The notes under the pieces are model-generated. The model had not been told where the DNA came from. It searched no databases and saw nothing but the letters and a program-made list of their open reading frames with translations. A DNA stretch of 64,000 bases from an uncultured Candidatus Poseidoniales archaeon (GTDB lineage: Archaea > Thermoplasmatota > Poseidoniia > Poseidoniales > Thalassarchaeaceae), in assembly GCA_964647665.1 (NCBI GenBank), contig CAZYIX010000003.1, positions 10,742 through 74,741 on the forward strand. The letters run 5' to 3'. Below, piece by piece: positions 18,836-30,400 of this stretch. Position numbers and translations under genes: made by a program. Positions within the stretch are counted from its first letter, which is position 1. Each line of letters starts with the position of its first letter.

Positions 18836-20917
18836 ATGAGCGGTGAGAAGACGCGTGACGAACCCCGCTATCTAGCGCACGCGAATCTCCGTGATGGACA
18901 ACGGGAGATGATTCAGGAAGGCATTAGTGCGCTTGAGGAGGAAGGCTTCCTGCTTGCAAATGCGCCTACTGGACTCGGAAAGACTGCCGCTGCACTTTCT
19001 GCTGCACTCAATGTAGCGAGAAATCGCTCACCTCGCCCAACTATCCTGTTCATGACTGGGAGACAGGCCCAACACCGCATCGTTGTCGATACAGTACGCC
19101 AAATCAACGAGCGGCGTAACATCGAGAACGAAGACAAGGTCAGCCTAGTCGATATGATTGGGCAGCGCGGTATGTGCATTCATCAAATTGCAGAGGAGTG
19201 GACATCATCATTCCACAATATGTGCTCTGATTTGCGCCGGAACAGGCAATGTAAACCCTACCTTGCCGATTCTCCGGGACTCAGACTGCGCGTGCTGCAA
19301 GACCCACTGCACGTCGATGAGTTAGTCAGCGTCTCCCGCAGTCATCACGAATCTGGTTCACTGAAGCAAACCTGTCCGTGGAAGGTAGCGAGAGAGTGTG
19401 CGTCGTCTGCTGATATCGTTGTCTGCGATTACAACCACCTGTTCAATGAACGCGTGCGCGATAGTTCACTGAAGGGGATGGGTATTGACATGAGCAATCT
19501 GTTGCTCATTATTGACGAAGCGCACAACCTACCTGAGCGAATTCGAATGGGATTGCGCGCGCGTCTCACGCCTGATCTAATTCGCAATGCGGTTTACGAA
19601 CTGGAAGAACACCGTGAAACTCTTCAGGAACAGTATGAGAAAACCGGTACCAGTGATTCAACGCTGGACGATGAGGAACGCGAAATCAGCACAATTCGGC
19701 TGTCTGAGGCCACACTCACCAGAACCAGATTGCGACTCGCACAGTGGTTCAAAGAGCAGCGTGAGATGCTACAGAAAGAAAAACCCGGTAAGGATGAGAA
19801 CGAAAAACGCGTCAAACCGAGTCAAGTACTCAAACTGTTCACTGCTGAAATGGCAGAGCCACTGGGCACCCAACAACTTACCATTGAAAAATTGATGAAG
19901 ACTCTGTGGGATGTGCAAGTTGACCATTCAGAGGACGATGATGCAGAAACCGACAACGCGTGTGAACGCTTGGCCTCAGTGCTTGAGAATCTCAGCCGAT
20001 TCGAGGATGACCCAGCAATCTGCGTAGCCTTCAGATTCAAGAGTGATACCTCTCACATCTCGACCCATCTACTCGACCCTTCGGTGGTCAGTGCACCGGT
20101 TTTTGATTCCGTGCGAGGTGCAGTCCTGATGTCAGGCACCTTGACACCTCCTGAGATGTATGCCCACAGTCTGGGCATCCCTGAAGGTAGGATGGTCACT
20201 GCCGCTTCCTATCAATCACCATTTGAGGCTGACCGAAGGCCTGTTATCATCGCGAATGGCGTCAGTACTCTATACGCGCGAAGAGGAAGAGAAAATACTA
20301 GAAAAATCCAGAAGCATATTCACGCACTATTGCGGAATACACCGGGACATGTAGTGGTCTTCTGCCCATCCTACGCCATATTGCAGGACGTAATCGGCTC
20401 GGGTGATTGGCCCGGTCGATGGGTGGTAGTCGAAGAGCCAGGATGGAGCAAGAAGAAGGTCGATGATATTCAGGAACAACTCAGGTCAGCACGAATTCGG
20501 GGTCAAAAGATATTGCTCGGCGGCGTATTTGGCGGCAGACTTGCCGAAGGAGTCGACTATGCAGAAAACGTGCTCGATGCAGTATGCTGTGTCGGGATAC
20601 CAAATGCACCTATGTCTGTTGAGAACGACGCACTAAAGGAATACATCGGCAAGGATCTCGGTCGCAGCCTATCGTGGAGATATGCTGTATTCCAACCTGC
20701 GGTGAACAAGGTGCTGCAAGGTATGGGCAGAGCAATTCGTAAAGCGGATGATCGGGCCTTCATGTTGCTGTTGGATGACCGACTTAACACACCGAATTAC
20801 AAGAGTTGCTTACCACCTACGATGTCACATTTTGAGTCAAAAGATGCCGAGACCACTGGTCGATTTGCAAAGCGATTCTTTGCAAGGCACCCTGAGCCTG
20901 CTTCCCACGAGGAATGA
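18836..20917 (+). CDS. xpd: XPD/Rad3-family Fe-S DNA helicase (SF2, DinG/XPD)
   Basis: Walker A ANAPTGLGKT, DEAH box IIDEAHNL, four Fe-S cysteines (GMCIHQ, NMCSD, RQCKPY, QTCPW), and C-terminal motifs GRAIRK. Confidence 0.85.
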   Translation: MSGEKTRDEPRYLAHANLRDGQREMIQEGISALEEEGFLLANAPTGLGKTAAALSAALNVARNRSPRPTILFMTGRQAQHRIVVDTVRQINERRNIENEDKVSLVDMIGQRGMCIHQIAEEWTSSFHNMCSDLRRNRQCKPYLADSPGLRLRVLQDPLHVDELVSVSRSHHESGSLKQTCPWKVARECASSADIVVCDYNHLFNERVRDSSLKGMGIDMSNLLLIIDEAHNLPERIRMGLRARLTPDLIRNAVYELEEHRETLQEQYEKTGTSDSTLDDEEREISTIRLSEATLTRTRLRLAQWFKEQREMLQKEKPGKDENEKRVKPSQVLKLFTAEMAEPLGTQQLTIEKLMKTLWDVQVDHSEDDDAETDNACERLASVLENLSRFEDDPAICVAFRFKSDTSHISTHLLDPSVVSAPVFDSVRGAVLMSGTLTPPEMYAHSLGIPEGRMVTAASYQSPFEADRRPVIIANGVSTLYARRGRENTRKIQKHIHALLRNTPGHVVVFCPSYAILQDVIGSGDWPGRWVVVEEPGWSKKKVDDIQEQLRSARIRGQKILLGGVFGGRLAEGVDYAENVLDAVCCVGIPNAPMSVENDALKEYIGKDLGRSLSWRYAVFQPAVNKVLQGMGRAIRKADDRAFMLLLDDRLNTPNYKSCLPPTMSHFESKDAETTGRFAKRFFARHPEPASHEE

Positions 20918-21441
20918 TGCGAGCGTTGATGAGACACCGGTTCACAGCAGGGGGCAGAGGGAACGAGATGAAATGGGTAGAAGTCGATATTGCAGATTCA
21001 ATCGAGGCCGACGATAGCGACGCTGCTTCGGCACTTCTCGTCGGTCTTGAAGCGGAGCCTGCAGACTTGCACGCCACCTTCCTTGCTGGCTTACCTCACC
21101 TTTCCGAGGCTCGTATCGCGCACGCGAAGATGACAGAGGTCGGTGGGGCAGAAGCAGAAGCCCACTTCGAGTCGATTCTATCACTACAACCTACACAAGC
21201 AATGTTGGCTGATTTCGGTGGTAGTATGCAGGGCTCATCCCTCGTGCTGCCGTTTGGTAGCCCCAATGAGCGGATTAGAGTCGAAGGGGCCGAACTCGAG
21301 GAATGTTGTGCTGTTCGCCTATCTGCGGAGGGCGATGATGGAACGCAATTCAGTCGTATTTTCGCGCTACCGCCCGGCTGTGAACTCTCTCAGGCGGGCT
21401 GGCGAGGCGGAGACCTCGTGTTGATGCTGCGTGATTGCTGA
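20914..21441 (+). CDS. hypothetical acidic protein; C-terminus weakly Hsp20/alpha-crystallin-like
   Basis: ATGA overlap with the xpd stop. FSRIFALPPGCELSQAGWRGGDLVLMLR resembles the F.R.F.LP....A...NGVL motif. Alternative ATG near 20968. Confidence 0.35.
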   Translation: MMRALMRHRFTAGGRGNEMKWVEVDIADSIEADDSDAASALLVGLEAEPADLHATFLAGLPHLSEARIAHAKMTEVGGAEAEAHFESILSLQPTQAMLADFGGSMQGSSLVLPFGSPNERIRVEGAELEECCAVRLSAEGDDGTQFSRIFALPPGCELSQAGWRGGDLVLMLRDC

Positions 21442-24400
21442 CTACTGCTCAACCGGTGTCAATTCAGGATTATGCGTTATCGCTGTGATTTCCTGAAGGG
21501 TTCTCGCCAACGCATTCTGTGCCTGCTCCTTGTGAGCCTGTCCGAGTTCATGTCGGCTATACCGCGCAATCTCAAACATGTTGTCGAGAGCGGTCAAAGC
21601 CTCCTCACTAATCGGCATCGCCTTGCGGATAGCGACTTCGAACTCTCTTACTGTCTCGAAATCACGACGTAGGTGACCTTGAGTCATCAACATCGCACAC
21701 AAGTCCTCATAGCAATGGAAGATGGCCTCGCGGATTTCATCACCAGCAGCAAGTAGTTCTGCGGTGTAAGCGAATATCTCAGCCAACTCATCAATCGTCT
21801 GCTTGCGGCGTTTCATCAATATCCAGATGCCCACCGCAGCGCCGGCGATTATCAGAACCACAGTTCCCCAAATCCAGTACGGAGTTGATTTAGAAGCAGA
21901 AGCCGGCTGCTCATAGGTGAGTGAATAAACGTCCAGTGACAGAGTTGCCCGACTATCCTCAGACAATTCAGGTGCAGTGCTATCGAATCTGATATGCAGC
22001 GCACCCCAGAAAGATTGGTCTGAGAACGGCGGGATTGGCTGGAACGAGGTGAACTCAAAGGCGAACACTCCGGCTCCATCGGTATCGCGCGTGAAAGACA
22101 AATTCAGTGGGTCAACTTCGGACGAATTACGCAAATACGCGGTCATTGAAAGGTTGGAAATGACCTGACTGGAGTGAATATCCCTTACAGTTACAGTTCC
22201 TGAGACGTTGCGACCTTCCCACGCTATCCGATTGATGATAATCTCGTATTCGACCTGCACTCTGATGAAGACATCGATGGTCTCATTGTTGTTATTCAAG
22301 TGGCGGGGCTCATCCTGCGTTACTTCAAGCAGGAATTCGGCATCGCCGGGTTCTACCCAAACATCCGGTGTGAATTCAATGACGAAGCCGTTTGTCTGGT
22401 TATCCCAGAACAACGCGCCACCTATCAGCGGTACCTCTTGGCTCTTGTAGGTCAGCACGAGTTCGCTGCCCATCAACGGATTGCCGCTTCCTCCAACTTC
22501 GATGATACGACCCTCAATTCGTAGTTTGTGTGTCGAATCAGAACGGATGACGTTGTCAGAGACATAGGTTATCTCAATTACAATATCGGCCCAAGTCGTT
22601 ACACCTTCTATTTCCTCGCTACCAAGCCATGAGTTGTCACCATCGTAGCGTGCCGTGATGGTATGTGCACCACGTGCGCTGTTCATGCTAACTGGGATGA
22701 TTATAGTGAATCGTCCCTCAGAGTCTGTTGTAATGGTGTCAATACCAGCTCCATCCAATGCAATATGGACTTGAGCGCCAGCGATGCCAGGCAGACCTAC
22801 CTCATCCGAGTCGTACAAACGACCGGAAATTGTCCAGAACATGCCTCGTGTCGCATCGCCACCATCCTCAGCACTCAAACTGATTTCCGAGTGGTGAGCA
22901 ATCCAGAATGTGCCGTTAGTAACTCCCTCACGATAGAATCCTTGTGCGGGAGCGTATACCTCTATGACGTGGCTGCCCAAATCCAACGCAATGGGTACAT
23001 CCCAGTTGAAGGTCCAGAGGCCATTCTCATCGGTTACTGCGGTTCCGTACAGGATATCGTTGATACGAATCTCAACAGTGTGGTTGACGACCCATCCGGC
23101 TGGGAGGTTGTCTCGCACAGTACCAGTGATGACCATGGTGTCGCCAATTGCAGCAGGCTGCAGCGGGTCGATGCTGATGTTGACTGGACTGTAAACTGTG
23201 TACGATAGTTGGTTGGAAGATGGTAGATGGAACTCTGAGCCAATGAACATCACATCCATGGTTACCGGTCCAAGCGTCATGTCTGATGGAACCGGATAGA
23301 ATGCGGAGAATTCGCCATCTACATCTGTAGTCACGTTAGTCAGGAAAACTCCATCCAAGTAGACCTCAACCGTCTGATTCGCTACAGGTCGGTCAACTAA
23401 GTCAAGCAACACACCACTCATCGAGATTAGTGACTCGCGGTCCACATCTCCACCACCATCAATGATGTTGATGTGAGTGGGTTGAGAACAGTTGAATGCG
23501 CCTTGATCATTCGAAGGCAGGTAGTACTCTGGGTTAGCTGAGTCGCCAGACCCTATCGGGTCCACCCAAAGATAGCCGCCAAGGAATGATACCTCCACAG
23601 TGTGCGCACCCGCGGTGGTTCCCTGAGGCAAGGTGTAGGCGATGGAGAAGGTGCCGAACGTCGGGTCAGTCATGACAGCCCAGGTCGAGCCGACGTCTTG
23701 GCCGTCGACCAACAAGTGGATGATGCCGCCTGATGCGTTCCCATCACTTCCTAGCAGATACATTCCGTGTTCGTCGAACAATGTCCCGTTGACAATCAGA
23801 GTCTGGCCGGCGATTAGAGTACCTTCGATGGTGTCGATGCTGAGTACGGTCGGTGCTAGTACCACTACACCGACGCTAGCATTGTCACCGAGTACACCAG
23901 TGGTGCCGGGCAGGCCAGAGAACGAGGCAAACAAGTCGTGGGGGCCCGGTAGCGTCATGTTTGATACGGTCAAATTAACCGCACCGTAGCCATTCGCATC
24001 AGTGGTAATCAGTCCTGCTGTCGACATTCCTGGTGCATTGAGCACAATTGTAGCGTTAGCAATTGGGTCACCCGCATTATCGTGTAGCGTGATAGTGACA
24101 TTGAGCACGTCTCCTCGCACCACACGGTCATCGACATTGAGGTGCTCGGGTGAAATGATTCGCAATACAGAGAATCCTCGACTATCGAAGGTATTCAGCC
24201 CAGTGGAAGAACCGTAGTAATTCACAGACGGTGTGAACACTACTGACAGGTTGTGGCTACCTCTTGGGAAGTCTGCATCGAGGGTGACGAGAGCCCAGAA
24301 AGAGCCGTCTGCCTGTGCCGTGCCGTTATGAACGCTGAAGGTGTCTGTGTAGCCATCAATGTTGAAGCCCAAGCCGGGCAACATTGGACTTCCATCGCGA

Positions 24401-27400
24401 TAGATGATTCCTGTTCCATTATCTGACACAAGAGTGCCAGTCACGTTGAATGAGGTCCCAGCAACCGGGTTTTCAGTGATGTTGTCCACCACCAACACAG
24501 TAAGCGAAGCTATCGTGATGGTGTTAATTGGGCTGGAATCTGCAAGCAGATGCCATGAACCATTGAAGAATAGGGTCACTGTGATTGGACCGAGTGGCTG
24601 GTCGAATGGAACTGTGTAATTCCAACGAGCAGTGCCGTTCACGTCCGTTGTAGTGTTACCAACCCATGTGTCGTGGAAGCGTGCATCGACTACTGTGGTG
24701 TTGATTGCTCGGTTGTTGTCCGAGGTTTCTACTAGGTTACCATAGAATTCGATGCTATCACCGCGATTCACGACAACCCCAAACACTGGGAACAGTGCCT
24801 CAAAGTTGGTCACACCCATAACGAGCATGTTGTGAGTGCCAGTCGCTGATAGGTAGAACGGATTGGTGCCGTTCAGGACAGAGACTACCAGAACATGGTT
24901 ACCGCTAGTCAGTCCATCTCCTTGTGGATCAGTGGGGACAGAGACATTGAATGTACCATTTACTGCAGTTGTGTGAATAGTAATCAACTTCTCATCAATC
25001 TCGTCAAGCCAAAATACTTCGATTCCGATAGGTCCGGAGAACGGTCGAGCCGGGTCGACCGAGTCCTGCACAAGCCCATTCAACTGGAATGATGTTCCAG
25101 CAGTAACAGTAGTCGGCACAGAGACGTCGATGATGATATCAGTCGGCACCTGCACAGTTACATTCGCCAACGTGTTATTGCCAAGCCATCGTGCCGCATT
25201 AGTCGCAGACACAGGATCGGTGACATCGTCGTACATCACCACGTACACGTCGTAGTATGCAGGTTCAGTGTTTATCGGCACCGTCCAAGTAAATGCCACC
25301 CGTCCGTTCGAGTTAGAAGTCCCGGTACCAATTGAGGTATTGGCTCCAGAAGAATTCCAGAAGAACTCAACAGATGCGCCACTGATATTCTGTGCATCCT
25401 CCTGACCGACTGGCGGTACGGAGAAATAGGCTGCAATGTCCTTCACATCGACTTCAATTAGCAACTGCTGTCCAGCCTCTACAATGACATTAGTCTCGTT
25501 CAGTTGAAGCATGGCTTCGCTCTCGCTTCCTACAATAGTCTGACCGGGCTGCTCGTAGATGTAGTACGCCCCACCTGCCGGCGGATTTGCGTTGAAGTCT
25601 GCTATCACCACGAGGTCATACGCGCCCGCGGGCATATTGGGAGGCATCGTGAATGAATGGAAGTAGGAACCAGTGGTGTTGTTGAGTGCTGTCACACCAA
25701 GTGGAATCATGATTGGAGGTGGCGGATTACCCATTGGGTCAGGTGGTCCGACACCCGGCAACTCAAGTTGGATAATCAAGTCGGTGTCATTGCCCAGCAC
25801 TGGATTATTGGATACATCATCACGTATCACACCAGACACGTTGTTAGTGCCTCCAATGTGAGTCCAATCAGAACCGAGGACGGTACTGATTGTTACTAGA
25901 CCCTGAATTCTCTGCAGAGTATTCATGCTGGCATTCTTGTACCATGGAGAGGTGCTGGTGTAGTTGGTGTACCAAGTATAATCGCCAACGTCGATGGAAC
26001 CAGAAGGAGTCCATTCAATCATGTACGCGCCACCAACAGGGTCGACAGTGGTGTTGATGAGACCACCGTCGAACTCAGTCAGGTAAGTGCCGTTGAAGTC
26101 AACGGTTTGACCATCGGTATGATCCGTCAACTGGACAAATAACGTAGTCATTGAACCACGTTGCACCGGAGACAGTACGACACCTATGTTCACAATCGAT
26201 TGCAAACCGTAGCCAGTAGAGAGATTAGCCACGTCACTTGCATCTAGATCATCAGGGATGAACAGTAATTCCACATCGATGTATCCTGGTCCAATCATCG
26301 AGAGAGCCAAGGCTGAAGCATTCCAAGTAATGTTGAACACACCATCGGCCGGATTGACGTTGCTGCCATTCATCGTCCATGATGTGATGTTGTTGAACGG
26401 GCCTGTAGAACCATTCTGTCGCATTTGCAGGTACATTGTGCCGTTCATCGCGACAGGATTGAGGCCGCGAGAGAGCACTGTTCCATTGATGTAGAGGTCT
26501 TCTCCAACTTCAAGCAATGAATCGTTCAGTCCCGGTCCTTGCAAATTAGCGGTGATATTTGGAGCCGCGCTGATATTGAACTGGATACTCAGCGATGCAG
26601 GTCGCGCATGATACTCCGGTGGGGTGGATTGGTGCAAGCCAGCCTGATGCCAGCCCGGGAAGTCAATCATAGCATTGAGCATTCCAATGCCCTCATTTTC
26701 ATCGATTGTAACATCGAACTCGTAGTATCCCTGTTCACCTACAATGGTTTGTAGAGAAACCACACCGTCAATTGCTGAGGTGTAATTCATGAATAAGGTC
26801 AGATTGCCTTGCTGGCTCGGGTCAAGTAATGGGACATTCTCCCAAGACATCGTCCCAGTGATGGTGGTAGTCGTGCCTGCACCTACAATCGGTTGCCCGG
26901 GAATTGAAGGAGTTGTCTGAGTAATGATGACATCATCTGTGACGTTGATAGTCCAAGGAAACACCTCTATCCCATAGGGAACATATCCCTGCTGTACGCG
27001 TTCCAGTACAATGCTTCCATATCCTGGGGCAATCGCATCTCCGGGAATACCCTTCACGCTGAAGGATCCGTTGACGTCAGTGGTACCAGTGCCAAGGCGA
27101 CGCATGCCAGTTGCTGCCAATGCAGGCGCGGTAACTGCCTCCTGAGGCGTAATCAGATACGAGTGCACCATGATATCCGATGCAGCAGAGCCATTGTCAG
27201 TGAAAATCAGTGTACCATTCAGCCAGATATCGCCAGTGCTGTGGTCACGGTCGATTGTAAGAGGTTCCCAAGTCTCGTTAACTACCTCAACTTGCTCAGC
27301 TGCCGGACATGGGTTTATTGGAATCCAACCCATATCGAAATTATTGCCAGCAGCATTCTGCTGCAGGTGAACCTCAGACCATGCAGTGAAATGGGCACCA

Positions 27401-30400
27401 GTAACGGTGTATCCAGTTCCATGCCAAGTACCGTCAGAGTAACCGGTGACCTTGCGAGCAGGTAGCCCTGCAATTCGGGCCATCGTGGTGAACACTGTGG
27501 CGAATTCAGAGCAGGATCCCTCGTATGCAGCGGTGAGGATGTGATTTGTCACATCTTCAGCCATCGGCAAGGCGCTGCCATCGAAGTTAAGCAGGAAGGT
27601 CGTATTGGCATCGCCATTTTGCAGATAATCCTGTATGGCAACAGCCTTGTCCCAAGCGCTGATTGCACTACTGGTGACCGTATTGGTGATATTTCCTACT
27701 TGGCTATATGGATGGGTTGGATCGGTGAAGACCGCAGGGTATTCCATAGCATAGTTGCTCGCTGCTGAATACGCAATCGAGTTGTCCAAAGCGGTTGTAT
27801 CGAAGTAAATCTCAGGAGCTTGAAGTAGCAGCATATCAACGCCAGAGTCGCTAACGCGCACGTCATGAGTGATGTTTGAATGGTTCAAACTAGCCAACCC
27901 ATCAACCCACATCATGTATTCAGTTGTAGCATAATGATGCGGAACATTGGTGTTGAATACTGGGTTGGTAAATTGCAGAGTCCACACCTCAGTGGAATTT
28001 CTGAAGGTAGAGTTAGCAATCCATCCTTCATCGTGGAAGGGAATCGACATTGGCACCCAAATCTGGTAAGTGGCGTTCTTTCCGTAGGATGCTCCGGTGT
28101 AGGCATCGTATGTGTGGACACGCCAGTAGTGAGGTAGGTTGGGGTCGATTGGCCCGAATGTAGAATTGTTAGCCCAGAAAATAATTTGATTTTCAATCAC
28201 GTCATCTGTTGGGTCCCACGGATCGAATTGACCACCTATGCAGTTGAATAGCCACATAGGAGGGGGGCATTCCTCACCGTCAAGCATTCCGCCACCATCT
28301 GTATCAGGGTCACGCCAATCCGTACCGGTATTGTTCTCGACCGAATCAGGGATACCATCACCGTCAGTATCGATTGGGTTTTGGTCATCAGCCGCATTAT
28401 TCTGCGGATTGGTGCCATCGAGGTACTCCTGTCCATCCCATACGCCTCCGGCATCAGTGTCGGGGTTTTGGTAGTCGGTGATGTAAGTGTCAAGGGTTCC
28501 GTTACCAATGATACCAGGGATGTAGTCAACTGGACAACCAACATTGTTCTCAAAATAATCATTGAGCAAGTCGCCATCGGTGTCCATGTTGTTGTCACAT
28601 GGCTCCATTGGATCTGTACCGTTCATCACTTCATCCCAATCGTTGACACCGTCGCCATCTGAATCGTACTGGGTTGGTAGTGACGTGAATCCGAATGTAC
28701 CCATCAACTCCTCCCAGTCTGCAAGGCCGTCGCCATCGCTGTCCTCGTAGTCATCATCGCAGTAATTCATCGTAGTACCAAGTTGACCGCTCTGTAACGC
28801 TGAATAGTGACACCAAGAGCCATTTTTTGAGATGACAAATTGTGAATTACCCGGCGGGGCCACACTGACGCCAATCAAATAGGCGGCAGCAACTGACTGA
28901 TAGCCGAAACCAGTCAGTTGCCCATTGGAATCGTTGTAATACCCTACACCACCAGTAGGTTTGAATCCAGTTGTATTGGCGAGGTACAATCGCTGTTGCC
29001 CCGCGTTATAGGAAGAATAAGTGGTAATGAAGTCAATTACTGACATACAAGGATCAGTTCCATGTGAGAAATTCTGCTCATCGCCGTCGTTAACACCACC
29101 AAAATCGGTATCAGCGATATTCCACACAGTACAGGATAGATTCTCCTCCCAATTCTCAATGCCGTCGTTGTCGAAGTCGCCTGCATCCTCACTGCGAGTA
29201 GGGTCGGTTTCGTTGGCATCAACCTGACCATTGCCATTCTTGTCCTCATCGCCATCGTCGAGTTGGTCCCCATCCGTGTTGTTGTTACGCGGGTCGCTAG
29301 CCTGTGGTGGATTACCATATGCACCGTTGACTTCTACGCCATCATCGATGCCGTCACTGTCAGTGTCTACTGAAGTTGGGTCGGTCAGCAAGGTTAGCGC
29401 TTCGTAGGAATCATTGAGGCCATCACCATCGGTGTCAGCCACCTGTGGATTGGTTTGCATCACTCCATCAACCTCGGCAGTGCAAGTCAAGCCACCACCT
29501 GGACCAATACCTAGGACTGGGCTGCAAGGAGAGACTGTTTCAGTACCACTAACCGGGCCCGGTCGGAAAAAGTCAACGCCACCAGACGAAGTTGTCCATG
29601 TGGGATTGACATATTCGTAGATGTTGATTAGACCGTCACCATCAGGGTCCCCGTACATGCCATCGGCATTACTTGGATTGGTAGCATTCAGCCCATTGGC
29701 CACTTCCCATCCATCGGACATTCCATCGTTATCTGTGTCCCAGCCGTCAGGGTCCTCGTCAATGAGGCCGTCACCATCATCATCATCACTAAGACAATCA
29801 GCATCGCCATCGCCATCGGAATCAGCAGCGTCTACATCGCCGTCTCCGTCATTGTCGATGCCATCATTGCAAATGTTACCCATCGGGTCTTCATCGCAGA
29901 GAATCGTGCTTCCTTGCCCATCATTACCCGGGTCACCGCAAGCCGGAGGTGAGGCACTGCCAAGAGCACCTTCCTCGTTCCAGTTACGGACAGGCACTGT
30001 GCCATTCCACCACACGCCATTGTCGAGAACGTTTGCGGTCGAGGATTGGTCCCAGTTAGTTGGCTCAAGATAACGGTATTCCTGCAAGTTGGAAAGGCCG
30101 TCCCCATCGGGGTCTCCGGCAGCGCCGTTATTTCCTAGTGTAGAAGAGTCTAGAGGGTCCAATCCATACTTCCATTCCCAGCCATCAGGAAGGCCGTCGT
30201 TATCAGAATCCCAGTCTTGAGGCTGGGTGTTGAGAAGGAACTCCATTCCGAGGGTCAGCCCATCCCCGTCTTGGTCAGTACTTGCCGCTACTTTCCACGC
30301 GCCAAATTCAATGGCGGCGAGGCTGGCAAAAATCATCATCAGCACCAATCCAATGGCGCGGAATCTTTGCACCCGGAGATGCGAATGTCGGCTGGTTGTC